The position numbers were made by a program, and so were the translations under genes. The notes below the pieces were generated by a model, which saw nothing but the letters and a program-made list of their open reading frames with translations, was not told the DNA's origin and searched no databases. A stretch of DNA of 63,610 nt from an uncultured Oscillospiraceae bacterium (GTDB lineage Bacteria; Bacillota; Clostridia; Oscillospirales; Acutalibacteraceae): contig UQRS01000001.1 in NCBI GenBank assembly GCA_900543525.1, forward strand, positions 1-63,610. The letters run 5' to 3'. Position 1 is the stretch's first letter; each line of letters opens with the position of its first letter. Of the stretch, positions 41,060-50,100 are shown piece by piece.

Positions 41060-43180
41060 ATGATTCGCATTATCAAAAAGGACGGCACGCTTGAGGAATA
41101 CAATGTCCAGAAGGTAGTTACCGCCGTCAATAAATCGGCCGCCCGCGCCCTCATCACCTTTACGGAGGAGGAGATCGGCCAGATCTGCGACTTTGTCGAC
41201 GGCAAGGTGCTGAATATGGGTAAGGATCTGATTCCCATCGCCGAAATGCACAACGTCGTCGAGGGGGCACTCGACCTCGTCAATCCGAAGGTGGCCAAGA
41301 GCTACCGCGACTACCGCAACTATAAGCAGGATTTCGTCCACATGCTGGACGAGGTGTATAAAAAGAGTCAGGCCATCATGTACATCGGGGATAAGGAAAA
41401 CTCCAACTCCGACTCGGCGCTGGTCTCGACCAAGCGGTCGCTGATTTTCAACCAGCTGAATAAGGAACTGTATCAGAAGTTTTTCATGACGGTGGAGGAG
41501 CTGCAGGCCTGCCGCGACGGGTACATCTATGTCCACGACATGTCGGCAAGGCGCGATACCATGAACTGCTGCCTCTTCGACGTGCAGAGCGTGCTGAAGG
41601 ACGGGTTTGAGATGGGCAACCTCTGGTACAATGAGCCGAAAAGCCTCGACGTCGCCTTCGACGTGATCGGGGACATCGTGCTTTCGGCCGCCAGCCAGCA
41701 GTACGGCGGCTTCACCGTGCCGGAGGTGGACAAGATCCTCGCCCCCTATGCTGAAAAGACCTTTGTGCGCCAGCGTGACCGCTACCTTGCCATGGGCCTT
41801 GCGCAGGAGAAGGCGGAGGCCGAGGCGCTCCGCGACGTCCAGAATGATTTCCACCAGGGCTTCCAGGGGTGGGAGTACAAGTTCAACACGGTTGCCTCCA
41901 GCCGGGGAGATTATCCCTTCATCACCATGACGGTCGGGCTTGGAACCGGGCGTTTTGCCAAAATGGCAACCAAAATCATGCTAAAGGTCCGCAAGGGCGG
42001 CCAGGGCAAAAAATGGTGCAAGAAGCCGGTGCTCTTCCCCAAAATCGTCTTTTTGTATGATGAAAATCTGCACAGCGAGGGCAAGCCGCTCTACGATGTG
42101 TTTGAGGCGGGGGTCGAGTGCTCGGCCAAAACCATGTATCCCGACTGGCTCTCCCTGACCGGGGAGGGCTATGTAGCCGAGATGTATAAAAAATACGGCC
42201 GGGTCGTCTCTCCTATGGGGTGCCGCGCCTTTTTGTCCCCCTGGTACGAGCGGGGCGGCATGAAGCCGGCGGACGAGGAGGACAAGCCAATTTTTGTCGG
42301 CCGGTTCAACATCGGCGCGGTCAGCCTGCACCTGCCGATGATCTACGCCAAGGCGCAGAAGGAGAGTCGCGATTTTTATGAGGTTTTGGATTACTACCTC
42401 AACCTGATCCGCCGCCTCCACATCCGGACGTATGAGTATCTGGGCGAGATGCGCGCCTCCACCAACCCGCTGGCTTACTGCGAGGGCGGGTTCTACGGCG
42501 GCCATCTCGGCATTCATGATAAGATCAAGCCGCTGCTCAAAACGGCGACTGCCTCCTTCGGCATCACCGCCCTCAACGAGCTGCAGCAGCTTTATAACCG
42601 CAAATCTCTGGTCGAGGACGGGGAGTTTGCGCTGGAGGTCATGCGGTTCATCAACAAGCGTGTGGCCGAGTTTAAGGAGGAGGACGGCAATCTCTACGCC
42701 CTCTACGGCACCCCGGCCGAGAATCTCTGCGGCCTGCAGGTCAAGCAGTTCCGGGCGAAATATGGGATTGTTCCCAACGTCTCCGACCGGGAGTATGTGA
42801 GCAATTCCTTCCACTGCCACGTGTCGGAGGATATTTCCCCCATCCGCAAGCAGGATCTGGAAAAGCGGTTCTGGGATCTGATGAACGGCGGCAAAATCCA
42901 GTATGTCAAGTACCCCATCGACTATAATACCGAGGCGGTCAAAACCCTGGTCGAGCGGGCGATGAAGATGGGCTTTTATGAAGGGGTCAACCTCTCCCTG
43001 GCCTATTGCGACGACTGCGGCCATCAGGAGCTGGAGATGGACGTCTGCCCCAAATGCGGCAGCAAAAATTTGACCAAGATCGAGCGGATGAACGGCTACC
43101 TTTCCTATTCAAGAGTGAAGGGCGACACCCGCCTCAACGACGCCAAAATGGCTGAGATTGCGGACAGGAGAAGTATGTAA
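41060..43180 (+). CDS. nrdD: Anaerobic ribonucleoside-triphosphate reductase
   Basis: ATP-cone N-terminus MIRIIKKDGTLEEYNVQKV. C-terminal zinc ribbon CDDCGH..CPKCGS and glycyl-radical region RMNGYLS. Confidence 0.95.
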   Translation: MIRIIKKDGTLEEYNVQKVVTAVNKSAARALITFTEEEIGQICDFVDGKVLNMGKDLIPIAEMHNVVEGALDLVNPKVAKSYRDYRNYKQDFVHMLDEVYKKSQAIMYIGDKENSNSDSALVSTKRSLIFNQLNKELYQKFFMTVEELQACRDGYIYVHDMSARRDTMNCCLFDVQSVLKDGFEMGNLWYNEPKSLDVAFDVIGDIVLSAASQQYGGFTVPEVDKILAPYAEKTFVRQRDRYLAMGLAQEKAEAEALRDVQNDFHQGFQGWEYKFNTVASSRGDYPFITMTVGLGTGRFAKMATKIMLKVRKGGQGKKWCKKPVLFPKIVFLYDENLHSEGKPLYDVFEAGVECSAKTMYPDWLSLTGEGYVAEMYKKYGRVVSPMGCRAFLSPWYERGGMKPADEEDKPIFVGRFNIGAVSLHLPMIYAKAQKESRDFYEVLDYYLNLIRRLHIRTYEYLGEMRASTNPLAYCEGGFYGGHLGIHDKIKPLLKTATASFGITALNELQQLYNRKSLVEDGEFALEVMRFINKRVAEFKEEDGNLYALYGTPAENLCGLQVKQFRAKYGIVPNVSDREYVSNSFHCHVSEDISPIRKQDLEKRFWDLMNGGKIQYVKYPIDYNTEAVKTLVERAMKMGFYEGVNLSLAYCDDCGHQELEMDVCPKCGSKNLTKIERMNGYLSYSRVKGDTRLNDAKMAEIADRRSM

Positions 43181-43668
43181 TGCGGTATCACAATATCACG
43201 ACCGACGATATGCTGAACGGAGATGGGCTGCGCACCGTCCTCTGGGTGGCCGGATGCAGCCATCACTGCGAGGATTGCCAGAATCCCGTGACCTGGGATA
43301 TTCACGGCGGCCTGCCCTTCGACGCCGCGGCCGAGGCCGAGCTGTTCTCCGACCTCTCGCGGGATTACATATCCGGGATCACCTTCAGCGGCGGCGACCC
43401 GCTGCATCCCGACAATCGGGCAGAGGTTGGCCGCCTTATGCAAAGGGTCAAGGCCGAGCTTCCGGGAAAGACCATCTGGTGCTACACCGGCTTTTTGTTT
43501 GAAGAGGTCCGGGACCTCCCCTTGATGCAGTATGTCGACGTGCTGGTCGACGGCCGGTTTGAAAAGGCGCTGCTTGACAACAAGCTTTTTTGGAAGGGCA
43601 GCGCCAACCAGCGGGTGATCGACGTGCAAAAAAGCCTCGACACCGGCAAAATCGTGCTGCACGCCTGA
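43180..43668 (+). CDS. nrdG: Anaerobic ribonucleotide reductase activating protein (radical SAM)
   Basis: DMLNGDGLRTVLWVAGCSHHCEDCQNP. Start overlaps the nrdD stop. Confidence 0.93.
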   Translation: MRYHNITTDDMLNGDGLRTVLWVAGCSHHCEDCQNPVTWDIHGGLPFDAAAEAELFSDLSRDYISGITFSGGDPLHPDNRAEVGRLMQRVKAELPGKTIWCYTGFLFEEVRDLPLMQYVDVLVDGRFEKALLDNKLFWKGSANQRVIDVQKSLDTGKIVLHA

Positions 43669-43756
43669 ATGAATGGCGGCGCGCCTCCCTTTGATCAATA
43701 CAAAACAAGCCGCCGTGTCGAAAACGGCCGTGCTTAAAGCAGAAAGGAAAGATTCC

Positions 43757-44248
43757 ATGAAACGGATTGCGAAATTTGAAAAGGTCTCTCCCGCACGGTT
43801 TGCCGCCGACTACGACCTCGGCGACGCGGCGGAGGTTTATGAAAATCTCCGGCTGCCGCAGCGCGCGACGGCCGGCTCGGCCGGGTATGATTTCTACAGC
43901 CCGGCGGCGCTGACCATCGCCCCGGGGGAGACGGTGAAAATCCCCACCGGCATCCGGGTAAAGATTGCGGAGGGCTGGGTGCTCAAGCTCTATCCCCGCA
44001 GCGGGCTGGGCTTCAAGTATCGGCTGCAGCTGAACAACACGGTTGGCATCATCGACAGCGACTACTACAACTCGGACAACGAGGGGCATATTTTCATCAA
44101 GGTCACCAATGATTCCAATGAGGGGAAAACCCTCACCCTCCAGCCGGGGGAGGGGTTTGCCCAGGGCATTTTTGTCGAGTACGGCATCACGGTGGACGAC
44201 GAGGCCGACGGGGTGCGCAACGGCGGCTTCGGCAGCACGACAAAATAA
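43757..44248 (+). CDS. dut: dUTP diphosphatase (dCTP deaminase/dUTPase superfamily)
   Basis: RATAGSAGYDFYSP, PRSGLG, IIDSDYYN and GFGSTTK motifs. Confidence 0.85.
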   Translation: MKRIAKFEKVSPARFAADYDLGDAAEVYENLRLPQRATAGSAGYDFYSPAALTIAPGETVKIPTGIRVKIAEGWVLKLYPRSGLGFKYRLQLNNTVGIIDSDYYNSDNEGHIFIKVTNDSNEGKTLTLQPGEGFAQGIFVEYGITVDDEADGVRNGGFGSTTK

Positions 44249-44365
44249 CCGGAAGCGAAAAGCAGAGGGCGGAAAAAGGGAGGAGACTCCCGCGCCTGGG
44301 TTTTAAAAAAGTGCCTTATCCCCGGGCGGAATAACCGCCTGCCCTCAAAAAAAGATACAGCGCTG

Positions 44366-44405
44366 AAAAGCCTCCCTTTTTTTTAAAAAAAGGGAGGCTT
44401 TTTCT
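44366..44405. terminator. Bidirectional intrinsic terminator
   Basis: AAAAGCCTCCCT-TTTTTTTAAAAAA-AGGGAGGCTTTTT. Confidence 0.85.
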
Positions 44406-44526
44406 CTGCCCTGCGCTTTCCGGCCGGGCGCGTGGGCGGGAGGTGAAATTCCTGCTGATGTGAGGAATTTGTCCAAAGCAAGTCGCTTTTTGTACCATGT
44501 GGCCGGAAATATCCGGGATTCCCCGC

Positions 44527-44556
44527 TTGACGTAATGCAAAGCGGTTTGTTATAAT
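44527..44556 (+). promoter_or_regulatory. Sigma-A promoter for the esterase gene
   Basis: TTGACG - 18 nt - TATAAT. Confidence 0.6.
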
Positions 44557-44579
44557 GTACTGAATTTAAGAAAATTGGG

Positions 44580-46628
44580 ATGTTCTTTTATATGCTTCGT
44601 AAATTTACAGTTCTGCTATCCTGGCTGGTTTGCCTTTCGCTGTTGTTTTCCGGCGCCGCCTTTGCCGTAAGCGGGCAGGAGCAGGCCGCTCCCATGCCGC
44701 TGGCGGCTTCGGCGAAAAAAGCACTGGTGTATAATCTGCCGAGCCGGGCGGTCGATATCTATCAGGCGTTTCAGGCGAAGAGCTTTACCGCCACGGACGG
44801 CACAGTACTCAAATACCGCATTTTCATTCCCGACGGCTATACGCCCGAGGCGGACTATCCGCTTCTGCTGATTCTGCACGGCGCGGGCGAACGGGGAGAT
44901 GACAACAGCGCACAGATGCGAAATGCGGTGCAGAATCTTTTCAACGACCTCAACTCTCCCATATACGGATCCATCGTGATCTGCCCGCAGTGCCCCAATA
45001 ATAATCAGTGGGTGGACACACCCTGGTCCGATGGCAACTACTCGGTCGCGAACGTGCCGGAGTCCAACGAGCTGAAAGCGGTTGTGGAGATTCTGGACAG
45101 CATAAAGAATGCGTATTCGGTAGATGACAGCCGCGTCTACGGATTTGGCCTTTCGATGGGCGGGTTTGGAACCTGGGATCTGATGATGCGCCACCCCGAC
45201 CTGATTACGGCGGGCGTCCCGCTCTGCGGCGGTGCGGATGTAGCCTATGCGCAGCAGCTGGTGGAAAAACCGATCTGGACCATTCATGACAGCACCGATG
45301 GCATTGTACCGGTCAGCGGCACGCGCGCTATGGTCAATGCGATCAAAGCGGCCGGCGGCAGCTCGATTATTTATGAGGAGCTTCAGGGCTACGGCCACAA
45401 CGTCTGGGACTACGCCTCTACCAGAGAGGGGCTTATGAACTGGCTGTTCTCGCAGATCGCCCCCTGCGAGACGCACACCGAGCAGTGTGTGGACAACGGC
45501 GACGGAACCCACCGCCGTGTCTGTTCGGTCTGCGGGAGGGTTCTTGCAGCCTCCGAGCAGCATACCGGCACCGATGACGGAGACTGCACAACGCCGGTCT
45601 CCTGCGCCTGCGGTGTGGTTCTGACCGCGGGAAAAACGCATGACTTCACCGGGGAAATTTTCTCGGATGAGATTGGACACTGGCATGTCTGCGGGAACGA
45701 AAATTGCACGGTAAAGGAGGCACGGCAGCCTCACCGCGGCGGCACGGCAACTTATTTTGAGAAGGCGGTCTGCCTGGTCTGTGAAAAGGCCTATGGCGAT
45801 ACCGCGCCCGATACCACCGCGCCTGCCGGGCAGATCAAATCGGGAGAAAAAAGCCTCTCGGGCGGCGATGACACCCTTTTCTTCAAAGAGGCGCTGGATA
45901 TACGCATCTCGGCTTCCGATACCGAAAGCGGCATGGAAAAAACAGAGTATTTCCTCTCGACCGGGGAAATAGAGGATCCCTCCTCCATAACCGGGTGGAA
46001 GGCTTATACCGACGGACTCCGGCTGGAGGCTGACGGCACCTATGTGGTATATGCCCGGCTGACCGACAAGGCCGGGAATGCGGCCCTGCTTTCCTCCGAC
46101 CGGATTGTGCTGGACAGCACCGCGCCTGCAATCACCGGCGTAAAGGACGGCGGAGACTACTGCGACGCCGTAACGGTCGAGATTGCGGACGCCTATCTGG
46201 ACAGCGTGACGCTGAACGGCAGCCCGGTCACTCCGACCGACGGAAAGGTTGTCCTGTCCTACCGCACGGACGCGCAGACGCTTGTCGCGACCGATAAGGC
46301 CGGCAACACGACTGCGGTGAAAATCACGGTGCACGACGGTCATCTCTGGGGGCAGGACGAGGTTGTTGCTGCCGCCACGGCCGAAAAGGAGGGGCAGATC
46401 CGGCACACCTGCACGCGCTGCGGGGAGGTCGAGCTGAAAACCACTCCGAAGCAGCCCGCCGCGAGTTCTTCACCTGCCGATCAGGGGCAGGCCAAACAGC
46501 CTGCCGCCGAAAATCCCTTCCCGAAAACCGGAGACGCCGGCCTTTTGCCGGTGTGGCTTGCCGCGGTGCTGGCCTCGGGCGGACTGCTGCTGACGCAGCT
46601 CCTCCGGAAAAAGCGGACAACCCGCTGA
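44580..46628 (+). CDS. Secreted alpha/beta-hydrolase (esterase) with Cys-rich and Ig-like regions and a sortase-type C-terminal anchor
   Basis: Signal peptide; LLILHGAGERGDD; nucleophile elbow GLSMGG; HDSTDGIVP; GYGHNVW. The C-terminus has FPKTGD, a hydrophobic stretch and RKKRTTR. Confidence 0.8.
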   Translation: MFFYMLRKFTVLLSWLVCLSLLFSGAAFAVSGQEQAAPMPLAASAKKALVYNLPSRAVDIYQAFQAKSFTATDGTVLKYRIFIPDGYTPEADYPLLLILHGAGERGDDNSAQMRNAVQNLFNDLNSPIYGSIVICPQCPNNNQWVDTPWSDGNYSVANVPESNELKAVVEILDSIKNAYSVDDSRVYGFGLSMGGFGTWDLMMRHPDLITAGVPLCGGADVAYAQQLVEKPIWTIHDSTDGIVPVSGTRAMVNAIKAAGGSSIIYEELQGYGHNVWDYASTREGLMNWLFSQIAPCETHTEQCVDNGDGTHRRVCSVCGRVLAASEQHTGTDDGDCTTPVSCACGVVLTAGKTHDFTGEIFSDEIGHWHVCGNENCTVKEARQPHRGGTATYFEKAVCLVCEKAYGDTAPDTTAPAGQIKSGEKSLSGGDDTLFFKEALDIRISASDTESGMEKTEYFLSTGEIEDPSSITGWKAYTDGLRLEADGTYVVYARLTDKAGNAALLSSDRIVLDSTAPAITGVKDGGDYCDAVTVEIADAYLDSVTLNGSPVTPTDGKVVLSYRTDAQTLVATDKAGNTTAVKITVHDGHLWGQDEVVAAATAEKEGQIRHTCTRCGEVELKTTPKQPAASSSPADQGQAKQPAAENPFPKTGDAGLLPVWLAAVLASGGLLLTQLLRKKRTTR

Positions 46629-46644
46629 GTTTTCTGAAAAAACA

Positions 46645-46686
46645 AAGAGGATGGCAGTTTTGATGAACGCCATCCTCTTTTTCTCT
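46645..46686 (+). terminator. Intrinsic terminator after the esterase gene
   Basis: AAGAGGATGGC ... GCCATCCTCTTTTTCT. Confidence 0.8.
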
Positions 46687-46834
46687 GCCGCTTTTTTGGG
46701 GGGAGTGTTCAGCATCGCGGCGGCCGCGATGGAATCCGCCGCCTCTGTTTTACCACGGCCGAAAGCCTTATACGCTTTGTGCGGTCAGCCGGGGAAGCGG
46801 GCGGTCGGGCGATCGAATAATCGGGCAATCGGCC

Positions 46835-46876
46835 AGCCCGGGCAGACTTATGCAGCCCGGGCAGACTTATGCAGCC
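46835..46876. repeat. Perfect 19-bp tandem duplication (AGCCCGGGCAGACTTATGC x2, plus 4 nt of a third unit)
   Basis: Read directly: 46835-46853 = 46854-46872. Confidence 0.85.
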
Positions 46877-46923
46877 TGTGTAACCCGCGAGGCCTGTACA
46901 GCCGTCGGAATATACGAAAAAAA

Positions 46924-46984
46924 CATCCGCCGAAGAAGGAGGGAGAACGCCTCCCGCTTTCGGCGGATGTTTTGCTTTATATGA
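46924..46984 (-). terminator. Intrinsic terminator of the met transporter operon
   Basis: AACATCCGCCGAA ... TTCGGCGGATGTT 13-bp stem with a T7 run on the minus strand. Confidence 0.8.
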
Positions 46985-47002
46985 CCTCTTGTATTCCGGA
47001 GA

Positions 47003-47713
47003 TTATGCCTTGTTCTTCAGGCGCTTGTCCGACTTCGTGGAGAGGCGGGTGCCGACGCTCTGGAAAATCTGAACCAGCACAATCAGCAGAATTACGGCCA
47101 GCAGCATCACAAGGTACTTGTACCGGTAGTAGCCGTAGTTGATCGCGATTTTGCCGAGGCCGCCGCCTCCGATGATGCCGCTCATCGCCGAGTAGCCCAG
47201 GATGGTCGTAATCGCGATGGTCGCGTTGGAAATCAGGGAGGGCACGCTTTCCGGGATCATGACCTTGCAGATGATCTGGAGAGGGGAGGCGCCCATACTC
47301 TGCGCCGCTTCGATGATGTTGGGACTGACCTCACGCAGGCTGCCCTCCACAAGCCGCGCCACAAAGGGAAAGGCTGCGATGACCAGCGGCACGATAGAGG
47401 CCGGCGTGCCGACCGCAGTGCCGACAATCAGCCGCGTCAGCGGAAAGACCATAATCATCAGGATCAGGAAGGGCACCGACCGCAGCAGGTTGATGATGAT
47501 ATTGAGCAAATGCATCAGCCATTTGGGAAGCGGGCGGATGCCGCCCTTTTCTCCGGTGACCAGCAGTACGCCAAGCGGCAGCCCGATCACAATGGCAAAG
47601 GCGGTTGCCAGCAGGGTGACATAGAAGGTCTCCCATATGGCGAGGGGGAATTCATTTTTAAAAATCTGAAGCGCTTCCTCCAGCACTTCGCTGGAAAACA
47701 GCTTGTCAAACAT
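47003..47713 (-). CDS. metI: Methionine ABC transporter permease
   Basis: MFDKLFSSEVLEEAL..., and an EAA-type loop EAAQSMGASPLQII. The ATG overlaps the metN stop region. Confidence 0.9.
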   Translation of the reverse strand: MFDKLFSSEVLEEALQIFKNEFPLAIWETFYVTLLATAFAIVIGLPLGVLLVTGEKGGIRPLPKWLMHLLNIIINLLRSVPFLILMIMVFPLTRLIVGTAVGTPASIVPLVIAAFPFVARLVEGSLREVSPNIIEAAQSMGASPLQIICKVMIPESVPSLISNATIAITTILGYSAMSGIIGGGGLGKIAINYGYYRYKYLVMLLAVILLIVLVQIFQSVGTRLSTKSDKRLKNKA

Positions 47714-48716
47714 GATCCTGCACCTCCTCTGCAAGGATATCCGGCATCGCCTGCAGATAGCGGATAGCTTCCTCCACCGCGGCGGCGTCTCCCGGCAGGC
47801 TGAGCAGCATGTTGCCGTAGACCTTATCCCCGACGCACTTGGTGGAGGCCGCTAAAATATTGGCGGCGATGTGCTTGTCTATGGCCATCTGGGTAATCAG
47901 CGGCCGGCCGGCTGCAAGCGCGCCGTTGAAAACCACCCGGACGCGCCGCTCTCCTGCAGGGCAGGGGAGAAGATCGGTCGCCCCGTCCGGGAAAACCAGC
48001 CGCCTTGCCGCGTCCGACTTCGGCGCGGAGAACACCTTGTCCACCGGCCCTTCCTCCACCACGCGGCCGCCGTCGAGAATGGCGACGTGGGTGCAGATTT
48101 CCTCCACCACGCTCATCTGGTGGGTGATGATGACCACAGTAATGCCCAGCTTCCGGTTGATGTCCCGGATCAGCTCGAGGATCGAGTGGGTTGTCCCGGG
48201 ATCGAGTGCACTGGTCGCCTCATCACAGAGCAGAACCTTCGGATTGGTGGCAAGCGCCCGGGCGATGGCGATCCGCTGCTGCTGTCCGCCTGAGAGCTGC
48301 GCCGGATAGGCTCTCGCCTTATCGGGGAGGCCGACGGTCTCCAGCAGCTCCATGGCACGCTTTCTGGCCTCCGCCTTGGGGACGCCGGCCAGCTCGAGCG
48401 GGAAGCATATGTTGCGCAGGCAGGTGCGCTGCATCAGGAGGTTGAAGCCCTGAAAAATCATCGAAATTTCCCGCCGGACGGCGCGCAGCTTGGAATCCGA
48501 CAGGGTTTTCAGATCACAGCCGTCGATGATCACGCTGCCTTCGGTCGGGCGCTCAAGCATGTTGATGCAGCGCACGAGGGTGGATTTCCCCGCGCCGCTC
48601 ATGCCGATGACGCCGTAAATTTCTCCGTCCCCGATGGAGAGGCTGACGTCCTGCAGTGCGTCGACCTGCCCGTCGGCCGTTTGAAAGGATTTGGACAGAT
48701 GCTGAATTTCAATCAT
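47706..48716 (-). CDS. metN: Methionine ABC transporter ATP-binding protein
   Basis: Walker A GMSGAGKST, LSGGQQQR, LCDEATSALD, plus a C-terminal NIL domain (..GNMLLSLPGD). Confidence 0.93.
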   Translation of the reverse strand: MIEIQHLSKSFQTADGQVDALQDVSLSIGDGEIYGVIGMSGAGKSTLVRCINMLERPTEGSVIIDGCDLKTLSDSKLRAVRREISMIFQGFNLLMQRTCLRNICFPLELAGVPKAEARKRAMELLETVGLPDKARAYPAQLSGGQQQRIAIARALATNPKVLLCDEATSALDPGTTHSILELIRDINRKLGITVVIITHQMSVVEEICTHVAILDGGRVVEEGPVDKVFSAPKSDAARRLVFPDGATDLLPCPAGERRVRVVFNGALAAGRPLITQMAIDKHIAANILAASTKCVGDKVYGNMLLSLPGDAAAVEEAIRYLQAMPDILAEEVQDHV

Positions 48717-48787
48717 ATAAAAAACCTCCGCACAGGAGAATACGCCGGTTGCCCTGACGGCCGCCGGCGTATTCGGCTTTGTATACC

Positions 48788-49645
48788 TTACTTCTTGATC
48801 GCGTCGAGGCTGGTCTGCTTTCCGCCGTAGACGCCGATCGGCTCAACATGGATCGCGCCGACCGAAACGATGTGGGTTCCGTTCTCTGCATTGAAGTCAT
48901 CCAGATACGGGGTGTGCTGGAAGTAGTTGGCGTCCACTTCTCCGCTCTCGACGACGTTGTTCGGCTGGACATAGTCGGTGTACTCAATGACCTTCAGGGT
49001 GATGTCCTTCTCAGCCAGGATATCCTTCGCAACGGCCAGGATCTCAGCGTGCGGGGTCGGAGAGGCGGCAACCGAAACGGTCGTGCCGGCCAGCGCAGCA
49101 TAATCAACCGAAGAATCGAAGCCGTCGCCGGGGTTTTCTACGACGCTGACAACCGCGCCGTCATACTCGGATTTGATAAAGTCGGCAACCTTCTTGCTCT
49201 CCAGAGCGGCCACAAGCGCCTTGATCTTATCGGTGTTCTGGTTGCCGTCCTTCACGGCGAGGATGTTGCCGTAGGCCGAAGAGGAGCCCTCAATCGCCAG
49301 GGAATCCTTCACGGGGTTCAGGTTGGCCGAAATGGCATAGTTGGAGTTGATAACGGCATAGTCGACATCCTGCAGCACGTTGGGAAGCTGCGCGGCCTCT
49401 ACCTCTTTAAAGGTGAGGTTGTAGGGGTTCTCGGCGATGTCCTTGACGGTGGCGGTGATGCCGGCGCCGTCCTTCAGCTTGATGTATCCCTTGTCCTCCA
49501 GCAGCAGGAGGGCGCGGGCCTCATTGGTGGTGTCGTTCGGAACCGCGACGGTCAGCCCCTTATCAGAGCCGGAGCAGGCGGTGAGGGCGGCGGCTGCGCC
49601 GAGTGTGAGGACGAGGGTCAGAATAACAGCAAGAATCTTTTTCAT
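48788..49645 (-). CDS. metQ: MetQ/NlpA family substrate-binding lipoprotein
   Basis: Lipobox LTACSG and NlpA-family body (NYFQHTPYLD). Confidence 0.9.
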   Translation of the reverse strand: MKKILAVILTLVLTLGAAAALTACSGSDKGLTVAVPNDTTNEARALLLLEDKGYIKLKDGAGITATVKDIAENPYNLTFKEVEAAQLPNVLQDVDYAVINSNYAISANLNPVKDSLAIEGSSSAYGNILAVKDGNQNTDKIKALVAALESKKVADFIKSEYDGAVVSVVENPGDGFDSSVDYAALAGTTVSVAASPTPHAEILAVAKDILAEKDITLKVIEYTDYVQPNNVVESGEVDANYFQHTPYLDDFNAENGTHIVSVGAIHVEPIGVYGGKQTSLDAIKK

Positions 49646-49854
49646 GATGATTTTCTCCTTTTTTCATTTTAAAAATTTTTATAATCGTATGTTTATAAGA
49701 GCGGCGGCCCGGCCGCCTTTTTTAAAAAAGCCTTGTGGATGATTTAAAAACCCTCAGCCGCACATTCGCTGATTGCGGAGATTGGCTCGTATGATCTGTC
49801 CGGAAACGGATGTAGGAATTGTGAGGCGCATGTTAACGCTCCTTTCGACAAAGT

Positions 49855-49885
49855 AAAAAAGGGGGGCTTCCCGATTGAAGCCCCC
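49855..49885 (-). terminator. Intrinsic terminator inside the metQNI leader (attenuator)
   Basis: Minus strand GGGGGCTTC-AATCGG-GAAGCCCCC followed by C and T6. Confidence 0.7.
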
Positions 49886-49917
49886 TTGGAAAACGCGAAA
49901 GCTGGCTGGTTTGAAGC

Positions 49918-50034
49918 TCAGCCTCTTCCATGCATACGGGAAAGCCCATCGGAAACGTTCGCACGGCAAAGCATGCACATGTTAAACATGCACATTTCCA
50001 TCATAGGCATCCAAATGTGACCAAACGTTTTCAT
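49918..50034 (-). CDS. Candidate leader peptide, 38 aa, Met/Cys-rich (MKTFGHIWMPMMEMCMFNMCMLCRANVSDGLSRMHGRG)
   Basis: Not in the supplied track (<60 aa). GGAAGGAG RBS about 10 nt upstream of ATG 50034. Consensus promoter upstream, terminator downstream. 9 AUG and 3 UGC codons. Confidence 0.5.
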   Translation of the reverse strand: MKTFGHIWMPMMEMCMFNMCMLCRANVSDGLSRMHGRG

Positions 50035-50100
50035 AATCGGCTTTCTCCTTCCTCTTTTATTTTTCCGGTTTGAATCCGGGAAGTTTTTTTCGATGGGGTT

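Noticed and set aside
46651-47142. 163-aa ORF spanning the esterase/metI spacer.
   Set aside because: It crosses two terminators and the tandem repeat, overlaps the 3' end of metI in antisense, and has Arg/Ala/Gly/Pro-rich, low-complexity composition typical of a spurious high-GC frame.
49646-50100. Expected SAM-I (S-box) riboswitch or Met T-box in the metQNI leader.
   Set aside because: I found no T-box core (GGGTGGTACC-like), in contrast to the leuA leader, and no S-box-like conserved helices or junction sequences on either strand. This is based on visual inspection only; cmscan is needed to be sure.
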